DNA of 64,000 bases from Camelus dromedarius. Lineage: Eukaryota. The notes under the pieces are model-generated. The model did no database searches and was not told where the DNA came from. It saw only the letters and a list, made by a program, of their open reading frames with translations. Below, in pieces: positions 14,188 to 28,459 of the stretch. How positions within the stretch are numbered: position 1 is the first letter of the stretch; each line of letters begins with the position of its first letter. The stretch is from the NCBI RefSeq assembly GCF_036321535.1, contig NC_087436.1, forward strand, positions 97,776,001-97,840,000, written 5' to 3'. A program made the translations under genes and the position numbers.

Positions 14188-14827
14188 TGATACTGAGCAG
14201 GACACTGTGGAGTTTTCCTAGGAGCAGACCTCTTGTGTCCCCTGCCTCCTGTTTGTAGAAAGCCTTTGGCCCCCTAGGTCTTCCCCATGTTCCAAAGAGC
14301 AAATTTAATCAGAGAAGTGAGAAAATAGAGAACAAAGGAAAAGAGTTAAGCAAGACAAAATCAGTTTAGCCATAAAACAAAGTCGAGGAACTTTAGTTCC
14401 TTCTCCAGGGCTATAGGTAATATCCTGAGCCATTTCCTTGAGTTGTTTTGCAGAAACTAAAACCCCCGGCAGGCAGAAGTTAACTGCATGTAACCACAAG
14501 CATTTAGACCCCAGACCATTTGGATCCAGGTTGATCGTATTGACTTGAGAAGTACCACCTGGTTACCTCCCCACAAACCCATCAAAAGAATGTCCATGAG
14601 CTGATCTCATACCCTGCAACCCTCTCCCTCCCCCGCCTCTAAAAGCCCCTCTCCAAAAGCCACCAGGGAGTTCGCACCTTTTGAGCATGAGCTGCTCATC
14701 CCCTTTGCTTGCCCCATGTTGGACGCCTCGCAATAAAATAGATACTACTTTCTTTCACCACAACCCAGTATCAGTAGATTGGCTTTACTGCGCACTGGTA
14801 AGTGGATGCAAATTTGGTTTGGTAACA
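14188..14827 (+). mobile_element. ERV1-class solo LTR (640 bp; MER34/MER39-like superfamily)
   Basis: Starts TGATACTGAGCAGG, ends TTTGGTTTGGTAACA. AATAAA at ~14732. 4-bp TSD GTAC (14184-14187) / GTAT (14828-14831). Confidence 0.92.
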
Positions 14828-15169
14828 GTATTAACTCATAATTCTTTCAACTCAGGCCACCTGACCCCTAATCCATGCTCTTAAACATGACGCAATACAG
14901 CCTCTCTTAATAAATCGTAGGCAATTTTTTTGTTTTGTTTTGCAATAAAGGAAAGTATAAATAAAATCAACTATTATAAAACATTTTAAAATAAAATGAT
15001 ATATATTCCCAGTCTTAGTACACTGGGGCATTATCTATCTACATTTTGTATCTTATGTACTTAGTAAGTAGGAAAACGGAAAAATGTGAACACTAAAATT
15101 TATACACTTTAATGTTGCACTGTCCAGAAACTCATGAAAGTCCCCGTAGAAAATGTACTTATTTCTTAT

Positions 15170-15350
15170 TTTATTCTGCAATTATTTATTAAATAACCTC
15201 TATGAGTCAGGCACTGCCCTAGTTACTATGGATACAAAATAAACATGATAAAAGTAGTTGCCTTTTAAGTGGAGAGGAGCAGAAGGCAGAAAATTAAACA
15301 AATCTCATATTTCTAGTTTGTGATATCATAGAATATAATGGTCCCTGATG
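15170..15350 (-). mobile_element. LINE-2 3' end
   Basis: tatttattaaataacctctatgagtcaggcactgccctagttactatggatacaaaa. Confidence 0.7.
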
Positions 15351-18300
15351 GAGAAATTTCAGTCTAATGAGCAGCATTTTGTAGTTCACATGATTATTCT
15401 TTATGTGACTTTTTCATCAAGGTCCAATTTTTCTGGAAGTTGTATAGACTTGGGCAACAATCATCTATTGAATATTCACTTTGCACAAAGAATCTAATGA
15501 TCTTGGGAAAAAGAAGGACACAGTTCTTGCTTATATATAGTTTAAGATACTGGATATGCATAGAATTAACATTGGAAAAACTGTTAATATACACAAAGTG
15601 TAAACAAAAAAAATGACATATAAATGGCAAAATGCTAAGGTGGATTAAAAATCAGAATATGGTACAGTTTATCAGGAAAAATCTAGAATGTGAGGCTACT
15701 TATAATGAAATTAAATGATACAAAATTACAGAAGAGATAGATTATATAATAAAAAGATAATGGCAAGAGCTCTGAGGCAGAAATTTAGTTTGTTTTTGAA
15801 GGATAAGAGAGCTGTACTCTATTGGAAATTTAAAAAAAGTAACATTTTTTACATCTAGAATATAATGTATCTAGATCAAAATATATCAAATATTTAAATA
15901 TATTAAATGGGAGATTATCAGCTTACAACTTTATTGTTTTCTCACTTCTGCCTTCAATAGGTAATTTTCTTCCTCTTGACTTGGCAACATCTCAGGCAAA
16001 TATGTATGCATCCATTATCGATTTTATCATTGTGGCATTCCTGACATTTCTGATAAGTTTAGCTCCTCTCAGTTCCTGGAACACTTTTCCTCACTATTAT
16101 GTGTTCTTGCTATAATTTCATCTTTTGAATTCCACTTTCTGATCAGTACCTCCCACCATTCCAGATCCTTCCTTCTCCTGTTCTTTGATCTCATTGGAAC
16201 TCCAGTTCATCAACCCTACCACATTTTATATTTTCTCACATGTCCTCTCTTCTTCCCTTTTCCAGGTCAAATGTCACAGTCAATTGTTTTTATAACATGG
16301 TACAGTATATTTAGATCGTTAAAGCATTGTTTAGATTGTTATTAGCCTTTCTTCCAGTTCTAACTTTCTATTATAAGTTTCATAACTCAATTTAAATCGG
16401 GGGGGGGGGTATGGATCCAGAGAGGTAATTTCTCAAAGAGAAAGGGAGAGAGGCACTGACCAAAACAGCAACCTGCCTGCATTTATGACTGCAAAGAGTT
16501 AACATTTACATTTTCTAGAAAATTAGTTTATAAGAGGATTAAACAATGCTTATCCTGCTTACATTGCAAGGCACGACTATTATCTCTAATTGTGAGTTTT
16601 ACTTGGGCTAAATGCATGTGTTTTTAAAATGATATATACTGTAAGAATCCTGAATTTTTATTTAATGAAATAACATATCCATCAATATTTATCACCACCT
16701 AATTTGTGACATTTTTCATTGCACTAGAGAGATACATTGTTTTCAATATCTGCAAGCAGCCTTAATATTGTACAACTTTCAAAAACAAACTTGGAGCTCT
16801 CAAGTGAGCAGGCTAACAAAAAATTGACCCTAGTTAAGGACCCACAGAATGTTAAGTACAAAGGGGACTCCTTCCTGTGCTCTGCTTGCATTCCCAAGAA
16901 ATGGATACAGTGCTCAATTGTGGGAGGAATGGAAGTTCATGCATCCGTCTCACATAATTTTTCCTTTGTCTGACAGTGCTGCCAGCCAAGGAACCTATTA
17001 ATGCCAATCACCATGGCAAATGTTAAATAGTAGAGCCCTGTCTAGTTAGAACTGGCCATAGTCAACCACCTAATTTCACCAATGTACAGAAGTTTTCAGC
17101 TTTCAGAGGGTAATATGTTTTTATTAATATCTAAAGAAAAAGGAATTACATTCTGGGTCAAAAAGAAAAGCGAAAATTAATTTACTTCTTAGCACTTGAA
17201 TTGGGGCTATAATTCTGCAGAACTAGATTTGTAATTTTTATTATTTTGACATTATTAAGGGCTTTTTGGTTATATATCTTAGGATTTCTGCTGCTAGAAT
17301 GCATCGTGAAAAATAATTAGCAATATCATTATCAGTTTAGAGATGAGAAGAGTTTCCAGTTATATTCTAAGGGTGTAATCAAAGATTTAATTCATCAAAG
17401 TAATATGACTTGAATAAGTGAACAGTTTCCAAATATAAGGAACTCATAAATAAGAGTAGATGGATGTACTTGGCACACAGATCTGGCATTTGGGGTGATC
17501 CTGTTACAATAATGTGAAAAGGGAGAGAACTTGCCACAGAGATCCATTAAGATGAAAAGCAATTTTTCTATCTGGAAAGTTTGACCAATGAATGCCTGAG
17601 TTCCCACGAAGGAGTCTTGCTATCAACATTTGAAAGTACTCTTGTATTTACTTTTTGAAATTTCACTAAATTGACCTTGCACGAGTTGTTAAAAATGTAA
17701 CACACTTTTAAATAGTAAAACAATACAAAAGTATAGGAGATAAGTTACAGTTTAAATCTTGCTCCCACACTAGCACACAGAGGGGAATAAAAAAGACTGG
17801 AATGATATACCTGAACATTTTAAAATAGATTTTCTCTTATAGACACTTTATTTTACAAACACCATTAGGTATGATTAGTAAAGCAGTATAACCAATAAAG
17901 TTTGTAGATATTTTTTTAACAGAGTCTGTAAAAAAATACACATTGAAAAAATTTTGAGATATGCAAACACCTTAGAGAAAAATATTTAAATGCATGATTC
18001 CACTGGCATTAGTCCTTACAAAATTTTGCTATGTATGTAGTCATTATTTTTCAATGCATAAGGATCTCAGTGACAATGAGACTTGTGAAGCAGAATAGAA
18101 CACTTAGACACCCAAGAATATAAATAAAATTATGTAGCCATGGGAATGATTAAAATATTTAATGGACAGTGAGAAAAATAATTATACTAAACTACTACTG
18201 TACAATATACTAAAAAGTAATATGTAAGTGTATTATAAATTAAAAAAATAAATGCTTTGACTACTTTACACAAAAATATATTTTTATAGCAAGATTTTAC

Positions 18301-21047
18301 TAAGACTGTAGTGAGATTTTGTAGTAAGGTTTTAGTTACTGTAGTAAGAGTTTTTTAAACAATATCATGGTCAATATTTTAACCTTTAAAAAAATTCTTG
18401 CTAAATTATTCATAATTCTTTTTTGATTTGAATTTGAACATAATTTGAAAATCCTTAGATTTTAGCTGTACTGTCTGTGTCATGGATTCTCCATTCTTGA
18501 ACATTTATTTTTAATAAATCTTAGTTTTATAAAACATATGTAAGGGATTTTTAAAAAATTTTAGATTATGTTTTTAAGCCTTTTGTCACAAATATTTTAC
18601 ATTGCCTTTATAGATAACTGACAGTTTGAAGACAAAGAGAATTATTTGATTACAATCCTATTCCACAAAGCTGTCCCATTAATATTGGATTATCACCCTC
18701 CTTTGTTGATTTCCTTAAACTTGCTTATACCTTCACACCTAGTTCTTTATTAAACTCTCAATTGGCCCTTTGTATCTGCCATTTATTTTCTGCCAGAACC
18801 CTACTAATCTTCCATACAGAATAATGAAGGACATAGTAGGATCTGCCCTCTCATAAGCCTTTATATCTCAGAGTATTTGAATTGGAGTTTGTGCTCAGTA
18901 AACTTTCTTCTTGAGAACCCTGTTAGCATAACCTATCATATTGAAACACTGGTGTGAGTACCATTTGCTGTTTACTTCTGGTGTTCATTAATACTTCATG
19001 TTTATGGTATGTTTCCTTCTTTTTCTGGTAATATACACTTTTAAAAAAATTTCCTGCTTGATAAAACAGTTTATTAATTTATAGATGTATATAATAAATA
19101 TAGCAAATCAGTGCCCATATACATCTATAACAAGACAGATGACAAAACACATACATATTTTATGAAGCAGCATAAACGTAATAGAAACAATAGAAGTCTA
19201 CCTAATTTATCCATGTACTTCTGTATTTATATTTATGTATATATGTATGTACATACCTATCTAGATCATAAAAGTTTGGAATCAGTTTATTCCTAGATAC
19301 TATGTTTTGCTGTGACTGTTAATAAAAATTACTTTGATTTTAACTATTTATTACTAGAACTTAGTAAAACCACTATTTAAAATTAACAAACATATACTTT
19401 ATGTTAGCTTCAGTGTATTTCACTTGATTTTCTTGGATTTTCCAAGTATCTTATTCTTATGTTTATAATATTTTATTCTAGTTGCTTTAGCTAGTTTACT
19501 TTCACACATCAATAATATGAAGAAATCAATTTTTGAGATTTGTCACTTCACACATGTTCATTATTTTCTAGATTGTTTTTAAACATATTTGTATTGTTTT
19601 TTAAAATGTAATAAATGATTTTGAAATTTTAAAAGCTGCAAGCTATTATATTTGATATAGTACATTACATAGCATTAGATGTTATATCATATGTTTTTTA
19701 TACTTTTATTTCACTTTCCTTTTCTTCAACGTTCCTGAAAGAATTTCAATTTTGGTTTTTACACTACTCTTCAATTCTGCTTTCTAGATACTTTGAAATT
19801 TGTTAATAAAATTTTATTTTCCACCAAGTGCTTATTTATACATTGAATTATCTTTTCTCTAATTATTTTTCTCAATCTCTTAAATATATTTTTAAATTTA
19901 TAAATGCTATGTTTTTATATATTATATTTAACCATGGATTGGAAAACCCTTTTGAAAATTTCTTCTTGATCCCTCTATAAAATATTTTTTGTTTGGAATT
20001 TTTACTGTAACTTTTATAGTAAACATATTCGCTGGTCTACTTTCTCATGAAATAACATCCCTGGAGTTCTTAGCTAGGTAGGTAAATGCTGAGAGAAGGG
20101 AGGAGGGGCTTATGAGAAAAGCTTCCTCTTCCAACTCCACAGAGAGGGTCTTCCACAACCACTTACATTTGCAATACTTGACTATGTTGTTCAAATTGCT
20201 CAAATGCCACTTCTAAATATCTATAATAACCAGCACATTTCTTATTGTATGTAACTTGTATCACTCTGATTTTTCCAGCCCCAATTTACCACATTATAGT
20301 TTGTTGTGTACAAGAATCAGTAATAGTGTAAAGTTTTCTATGTGTGTAATTTTAAAAACTGAGATCCACTGACTTGTCTTAAAAGACATTTGCACAGGCA
20401 GAATGATGCATTCAATATTTTAGCCTAAAGCACTTTATTTCGATCTATTAAATTCTGGTGCATATTTTCAACAGATAAGGATAGATTTTTGCTGGTGGTT
20501 CTGAAATGCTACCATGTATAACAGAAGTCACCTGGGGAGAGGAGCGCATAATTCTGACACTTTAGTCCAATGTATTATCTTGCAGGTATGTTTTGTGGTC
20601 TGGTATCTGAATTTTTTTTATTTTTCACCAAGTATTTTTGATTCAAGTAGCAAGAAAACTACATTATTAAGTACTATTTATGATTAAGTCAAATTGGTTC
20701 CCCTCTTTAAACATACAAGGGACCATTTTGGGCGTGGGAAATGATCTAGCCTTTGTTTCTCTTCTCTGATAGTATTCTCAAATGCATATTAATATGATTG
20801 AAGTAGCAATGTTTATGCTGTGACTTACGCCTTTGGAGTACAAAGGCTTGTCATTTTTTATGACAATAATTTAACAAACCACACGTACAGATGACTAACT
20901 CATTTGATTAAGGAATATTTGTAACTAGGAGGCTATTGCTAATCATACCAAGTCCAATTCTGCATTATTGATTTCTTAATGAACAAGTTAACTTTTTTTT
21001 AAGTAAATAGCTTCATTATTCAAACTTTTCTTCTTTCATTATCTAAA

Positions 21048-21170
21048 CTTTTTTTTTTTTTTTTACTGTTTATGTGCAGGGTGAGACACCACTGTAGTTT
21101 TTTGCAGATAGTGGGGTGAACAAGAGAGACTACTTCCTGGCTGCCATCAAGCCTATATGCTAATGTTGGT
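21048..21170 (-). mobile_element. LINE-2 3' fragment preceded by a poly-T run
   Basis: gatagtggggtgaacaagagagactacttcctggctgccatcaagcctata; T-run at 21048-21064. Confidence 0.5.
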
Positions 21171-21184
21171 GTTGTAAGTGCTGC

Positions 21185-21262
21185 TGTGTGAGGTGTGTGT
21201 GTGTGTGTGTGTGGGTGTGTGTGGGTGTGTGTGGGTATGTGTGGGTGTGTGTGGGTGTGTGT
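21185..21262. repeat. Compound microsatellite (GT)n + (GTGGGTGTGT)x5
   Basis: Read directly; 10-bp periodicity from 21211. Confidence 0.95.
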
Positions 21263-21379
21263 ATAAAATCATGCACACATACATATATGCTCCAGTTTAA
21301 GAAAACTGGAAGGAAAAGAATAACAAATACAGTATCTTCTGCTTCAAAAAAAGAAATTTTGCAATTAAAGAATTGTTAG

Positions 21380-21690
21380 GAATGAGAATAATGGACACAC
21401 TCATCCAGTATTGGCAGCAGTAAAACAGCAATAGAACATCAGTTGTTAGGCACATCTGAAAAATATATACTAAAAAGTAATTTGGTAATATACATCAAAA
21501 GCCCAAAAAACCTCATTATCAGAGAGTCATTTTCTACTTTAGAATTTGTATGTATACTATAATGAGAGACATGTAAATTATTGAATGGCAAAAGGTGTTC
21601 ATTTGCATTCTTGCAAATGGTGTAGTTTTAAAATACTCAAAAGTAAAAGTGCTAAACAAGCTATGCTATGTCTGCATAACTGAATATTGT
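21380..21690 (+). mobile_element. Ancient L1 (L1ME-like) ORF2 end remnant
   Basis: aaaagtaatttggtaatatacatcaaaagcc...agtcatttttctactttagaatttg resembles the old-L1 ORF2 end. Confidence 0.5.
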
Positions 21691-24600
21691 TTGTTTATTT
21701 TCAGTCAGTGTGCCATGAGCTCCCAGAGCTTAAAATCATAAGACTCAGGTTTTGCCACATGGTTTTAAACAAGAGTTCCTTTTAAATGTTGTATTAGAAT
21801 TTAATATAAAATTTTAATCTGAAAAGTTTCAGCTATAAAAAAATTTGAAAATATTCTACCATGTGTATCTGTTTACAATTAATACATGCGCATGTCTATA
21901 AAAATATTTCTGAGAATCTGAGAAACTTATCAAAAATAGTTCCAGAATTTATCTAGGAAACAAAACTGAAACTTCAAAAAAAGGATCAAAATGTTAGCTA
22001 TAATTTGAGTTAAGCAAAATCTTTAAAATATAGAATGAATCATGTTGAATATTTTGTACAGTGTTCTATACAGATTCTGTTACAGTATAATTTGAGTTTT
22101 ACAGCATGATCATATATTTTTATTTTTACAAACTTTCAAGACCTTAACTAATTTCCCTCAGCTTCATTTACTCTTGCTATTCAAATAATTTTCCATTGAA
22201 GTACCAGTCTATAGTCATACTTGTAAATGTCACCACTTCATTGCAATTGGCTTTGGAATTCTCCAACATCGTCTCTATTAATTTCATGAAATCCTGCACA
22301 GTTTATAAAGATGTTTTACCTTCTCTTTGCAGGAGTATTGCTATGTACTTGCACTGTGTTATAGAATGTTTCCAAAATCCAAAAATCAGCTAGATTAGAC
22401 CAGAAAGATACAGTTTATGTAATCTCATATATGTAGGACTCAGATAATAGGTAACCGGAAAAATATTTCTACTGGCATTTTGATACTTGATGTATTTCTG
22501 AAATTGCTCTCAGTTTTATAATTATTGTCATTAAGTTATAAAGTTGATTTCATTCTATCTTAAGGAGCAGAATTTAGATCCAAAGTTGGTAAATAAAAGT
22601 AGACAAACATTTTTAAAAAACCTTTAGGTAGAACTTGCTAAACATAAGACCATGTCCTTCTTTGTAAGCATGGAAGCTGACTATATAACAGTGATAGCAG
22701 CTCTCTTAAGGGATTGAGCAAGAACCTCACACTTGTCAAGGCTGGTGACTGCACTAGATGGTCTTAATTCTACAATCCCGTGAGTTTTCATTAGTTTTAA
22801 TATGAAGATGAGGAAGAATCTGAAATCAGAGCTTTTAATTAATTTGTGGTTTCTGTCCAATCTGTTTATCCCAATCTATACAGAAATTCATCCACCTCAG
22901 TTTATATTTTAAGAAAAGATCATTTTTAGTTCTTTCTGATATTATTCCAGTAAATGTGAGCAGCAGAAGCAAGTTTTTTATTCTATATTTCCTTGAGCAT
23001 AAAGTTTTTCCTTGCAAATAGAATAGAGTTAAATGGGGAGGAAGTAGTTTTACTCTTCACAAGCTTCTTTTGAATTACAAATTAGAATCCTACAGCAGGA
23101 GGGTATTTTATTTTAGCTCCCACTGTAATAAACGAGTAAATGTTGTCCCTGACACTATAATTCTGACTCCTTTGAGTAGCTGGCTGAGGATTTACTACCA
23201 ATCCTGAAAGAGATAACCTGGGTGACTAAATTAACACTGTAAATAATTTTTATTGTTTTTTCTAAACTAGAGGTTTAATTAACCTCTGCCCTTCCTGTTT
23301 GCTGATGAATGGCTGGCCTACCTTGGAGAGCTAGCGTCTTCACTGAGCAGCATCATCATTTCTTCAAAGTTTCACTGGCCTTTATTAGCCTTAGAGGTTA
23401 TTTAGAATCATTGAAACAGATTTTCAAAATAAGTAAAAAATTTAATCTATTTATACAATAAGCATCTTAGCAGAATTCAACAAATTTTAACAGACTATTT
23501 AATAAGCTGTTTTCAGCACTGTTTTCTTTAAATTTACAATCTGGCTTGGCACACAAAAAGCTGTAGATGTAACGGAATTCTTAATTACACTGTTTTATGG
23601 ACACTGACATAATTCATTCTGTAGTTCATACATGTCATAATTTCATTCTATTACCATACAATTTCCTATATAACAAAATAATTTACAAACTGAAGCTGAA
23701 GTGCTAATTTCCAGAGTGTTAAATGCAGGGAAAAAAATTCACTGTAACAAAGGTCTTGTAGCTAAGACTCTGATATATATATTATGAGATTTTTTTCCAA
23801 TAATTATGATGACCAATTTCAGCTGTTTGAATTTTTGAGTTAGATAACCTTCCAATCTTGCTTTATTTTTCTGAAGGCAACATGTTTTTCCTTCTTCTGT
23901 GAACAATGAACTTGAAATTTCTGTTCTCAGTTGGAGACAGCAATATAGGCGTAAAAACATTTAGTTTCCCTGTTAAAAATTATTCTACTCTGGTTTTAAA
24001 AAGGTAAATTTTTTCTTGCTTTTTCTCAAAACAGAATAGTTTTTCGGCTTCCAAAGAGATGCACAACCTTCCTAGGCACATATAGAGCTTTCTGTTAGAC
24101 ACGTTCGCCTCCTTCTTATCCAGTGACCCAGAAAAATGGTTATTTTTGATCAACAAAAGAGTCACACGTAGATGCCAATTAAAAAAAAAATTATCTCTGA
24201 AGTCATGCAGATGATGAGGGAAAGAGACTGGGGCTGGGTTAGTGTCGGGGGTGGGGGCAGCTCTGATTTCTGAAAAGGCCAAGGATGAGTGTACTCAACT
24301 GGGTCTATACAGACACAGAATCACTTATTGACTCAGACTTTGGTGTCAATGATTCCTGTAAAATTCCAAAATAAATAAATAAAACTTGATTACCAGGGCT
24401 TAAAGCAAGAGATTAACCTAAGAGATCCTAAGGAAGCCAAGTCCGTATGTGTGTGGGAAATAAGGGCCTGAGGGAAGGGGAGAGTTGCGAAGGCACAGAA
24501 GAGGGACAGTGGAGAGCAGTGTATACAGAACCAAAGTGATGTTAAACTTAGCAGTTTAAGCTACTATGGTTATAGACTCTACGTAAGATCCAGAAATACT

Positions 24601-26759
24601 GACATACTTCTTAGTATTCCTAAAGTAAAATATCTGCTTTTAAAAACATTATTTCATGCTCTGCTTATCAGAACTTTATTGAAAGATGGAACACGTACAA
24701 CCTATGTTACATATAATTTAAATATCTTACCTAAAATGCATCAAAGGGAATCCTGCTTTCTTACTGATTATTTTTCCTGATTTGTTCCAGGGACAGGATA
24801 AAGGTATAGTAATGTTTCTGTCATTGTCTTATTCTAAAATAAAAATTCATCCTTCCAAGGAACTCAGGTTCACACAAATGTTTGACTTTTCACAATACTG
24901 ATTGGTTTAATACTCTAATCCCTGCGCTACCTCTGTGAGTTATACTGTGTTTATTATGTGTGAACAGGCAGAATACGAGTTGCTCCCTTCGAGCTGTGCA
25001 TATTTGTGTTAACAGTTCTAAGAAAGTTATTTACTGACGCATAGCTCTGTATTTCCCATGTAAGTAATACTTGAATGTGAGGAGAAGGGACTTCTCAATT
25101 TCTGGCAGAAGACAAAGAGATGAACAGAGTAAGTATCCCATATAACAAAATAAAGATACTACTTCTACCTTAGAGAAGGGATTCAACATACCTTAAACCC
25201 TGCAGACCTACCTTTCAACAATAATCAGTTGAACTCAGAGATGTATTTAGCTAGGGGAATTTTTTCCTTTAATTTTTGCCTTCTCCTTCAGACACAGCAT
25301 GTGCTAATATATTTTTCAGTTCCACATCACTTTTTCTGTATTCTTACTCTAAACAAATTCACAGCCAACTCTGACATTTGGATTTCATGAAATTTTGATG
25401 ATGGCCAATGGGTGCATAAAAGATAAATTTTAAGAAACTGTCAAAATAAGACCCGTCATGTAAAGAATCCTCAGGTATCCTGGCAGGGTAAATATAAATG
25501 TTGAGACACATTATGGATATTTTTTGGAGAGCTGAATAAAAAGGTAAAGAAAGAATAGGTACTGGGAAACTCAAAATCATTTATAAGACATTATTTGTGA
25601 TTAATATGGCTCCATCTACTAAGATACTTTGGCATGAGGCCTGAGAGAAAAGGCCAAAATTTGGCAAATTAGATTACCAAATTTTGTATGTAGCAATGCT
25701 CCCTTGGTCAGAATTTCTAAATTTAGTACATTCTATGATATTTCCAAAATGACTTAAGATGGGAAATGTTTATTTCACAGGCAGATGCTCTTCAGTTAAT
25801 TCATAAAACGATAATAAAAAGAATGGGATGATAATCTACTTTATTGGATTAATGAAGGTATTAAGTAAAGCCCACGTGTAATTTGTAATGCTGGGAGACA
25901 AGAACTAAGGAAAAATATAGACGTGGGTCTGAAAATAAGAGCTGGTTTGGTTTGAACTTCAATAATAAGGGGACATTTCAGGCACTTGATCGAGGTCTCA
26001 AAGTCAGTCCAGAATTTAAAAAAATCTCAAATGAACAATGTACTAATAAGCGAAAGCTGGAATTATATAATGGAAATCTTGCATATTCTCCACTTAATTG
26101 GGACACTTGACATTAAGACAATTAAGCGAAAGTGAATTCCATATTTAATATTTACTTATGTGGCATGTTTTACCCAATTAGTGAATATGTTGGTATGCTG
26201 AGGACTCTTGCGCATTTCAGCGACAGGTGTACAGTGCTTGTGATATGATACAATTTATAGTTACTGTTTTAGAATTTAAGCAAATAAGGTTAGCATGCAT
26301 CATTCCACATAGCAGTTGCCCCAAGGGATACCTATACATTTCTCAGTGTGACTTCATCATTGATGAGCTGCTGCTTACCAAAATACCTAGGCATTCTTTT
26401 AACTAGAAGTTAATGCTTTCCTGGAGGATTCTCTAATGCTGTCCCCAGGCTCGGCGTTCTACATCAGGTATTTCCTATTCGTGAAGAAAGAGAGATCACC
26501 AACATGCTTGATTTCTTAAGAACTGCTCATCTTAGGATAAAGAATGACTGCTAACACCTGTGTAATTACTTACCAGGAGAATCTGAGAAAACCATAAATT
26601 TGTTATCACTGAGGTTATGCTAGAAAGACATCAATTCTAATGCATTGATTCAAACACCCTGGGGATAGGAAGGACAATCAAAGACCATGTAATCTAGTTC
26701 TAGACCCCATACAGCCTTCCTAACACTGCTGATCCACTGACATCTTTCTATACCACATA

Positions 26760-26940
26760 TTGATAAATTCAACTATGTATGCAGTAAATATATTTTGAAA
26801 CATTACTATGTGCTAGGCATTGTGTTATATGTTGGAGATATAATGTAGAAGAGATATTGTCCCCAAACTTGGAATGGTTTGAAATTCAATGTATGTGAGA
26901 TTTCTTAATCAACTACTACAATGTGGCAAATAATTGAGAA
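26760..26940 (-). mobile_element. LINE-2 3' end
   Basis: aaatatattttgaaacattactatgtgctaggcattgtgttatatgttggagatat. Confidence 0.7.
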
Positions 26941-27236
26941 GCAAAAACAAAAACAAACACAACAGAACTAATGTCTTGAAATTTTGCCTGGTTTGGACTT
27001 AGCAGGGAAAAACCCAACATCTGCTGTTCCATGCATACCCCTAAATGGGGTCTGTATTATGTTTTTGAATGCCTGTGCTTTCATTAGAGAAAAACAAACA
27101 TTTGTGTGTGTGCACATGAGTGTACACCTGTTTCTGATCCAGTCAGCAGAGCCCTTATACATGATTATACATGATCATTCATCCTCCTCTATTCTACTTA
27201 CCACAGCCCTGCAAGGTATTGGCATCCACCTAGCAC

Positions 27237-27710
27237 TGTAACTGAGTCTTCAGAAGTCCCTTTGTGACATAAGAAATGTATATTTCATCTCCTTCTCTGT
27301 TTCCTTGCACACAACTCCTAAAACCCTTAGAATCTCTCAAGCAATGTGTCTTTCTGGATGCTAATGAGATGACTGGTCACTGGGGGCTGTTGGGTAGCCT
27401 TGGATAGAAGCTGGCTGCTAGAAGAAACACTTGTTTGGATAGAGGGTTGAAATTTTCAGCCCCACTCCCCGATCTCTGGTGATGGGACAGGGGCTGGAGG
27501 TGGAATTAATCACTAACAGACAATTATTTAATCATTCATACTTTTATAATAAAGCCTCCACAGGGGTCCAGAGAGCTTCTGGGTTGGTGAACACATAAAG
27601 GTGCTGGGGTGCGGGATGGCATGCCCAGAGCGGCACGGAAGCTCCACATCCCTTTTCACATGCCTTACTCTATGCTACATACTAAAGTTGTATCCTTTGT
27701 AATGGTAAGT
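27237..27710 (+). mobile_element. ERVL-class LTR, MER21-like, 3'-truncated
   Basis: actcctaaaacccttagaatctc...atgctaatgagatgactgg...gagagcttctgggttggtgaacacat...ggaagctccac are MER21 hallmark blocks. Confidence 0.85.
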
Positions 27711-27774
27711 GGGTAATTTATCAGGAACACATAACTAATGTAAGTATGTAACGCCTAATTACGTGGACTAATTA

Positions 27775-28300
27775 TAATTTCACATTCATAATGGGAGAAT
27801 GTAATACCCCTCTGTAAGGAAATAATAGGACAACTAGATTAGTAGTCATTGAAGATATGAAACAACCATCAGCTATCCTAGAAACACTGGTTATCCTAGA
27901 TATACTGATAGTTAAGACCACTTTACTATTGACTACTAATATATACATTTTTGAAAATTCATGATTTTAAATTAATTTATAACATATATTAAGCCATAAA
28001 GCAAATTTTGATAAACTTACACAGGATTAAATGGTGGAGAGTATGTTTTTTGACCAAAATGGAATGAAAATAGAAGTCAGTAAAAACAAGGAAACTAGAA
28101 ACCATTCAAATATTTGAAAACTAATCTACATACTTTTAAATAATTCACAGATCAAAGAATAATTCATAAAGAAATTTAGAAAATAGGTGGAACTGAATAG
28201 AAATAAAAATTCAACATATCAAAATTTGTGGATAAAGTTATGCTTAATTGGAAATTTAAAGTTTAAATTCTAATTTTAGGAAAAATTGAGGCAAGGAAAA
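27775..28300 (+). mobile_element. Ancient L1 ORF2 fragment (endonuclease C-terminal region)
   Basis: Degenerate GDFNTPL (gggagaatgtaatacccctctg), SDH..IKLEI (tttgaccaaaatggaatgaaaatagaagtc) and TYQNLW (acatatcaaaatttgtgg). Confidence 0.8.
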
Positions 28301-28459
28301 AGAATATAGATCTGTTTTTGAAGAAGGTTTTTAATAAAGGGAGTGGAGAGATTATAAATTTAGTGGGATATTTAATAACAGAGCTCAGTTGAAAATTAGG
28401 ATTCTAAAACTGATATTTGAAGATATAATGAGACAAATATTATGTAGAATTTAATGTTA

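Noticed and set aside
13247..14827. Single deleted provirus bounded by two LTRs
   Set aside because: Different families, opposite orientations, separate TSDs, and no PBS/PPT or internal sequence between them
17700..20050. Very AT/T-rich block as a distinct functional element
   Set aside because: Looks like decayed old L1 and low-complexity sequence; I could not define boundaries or family reliably
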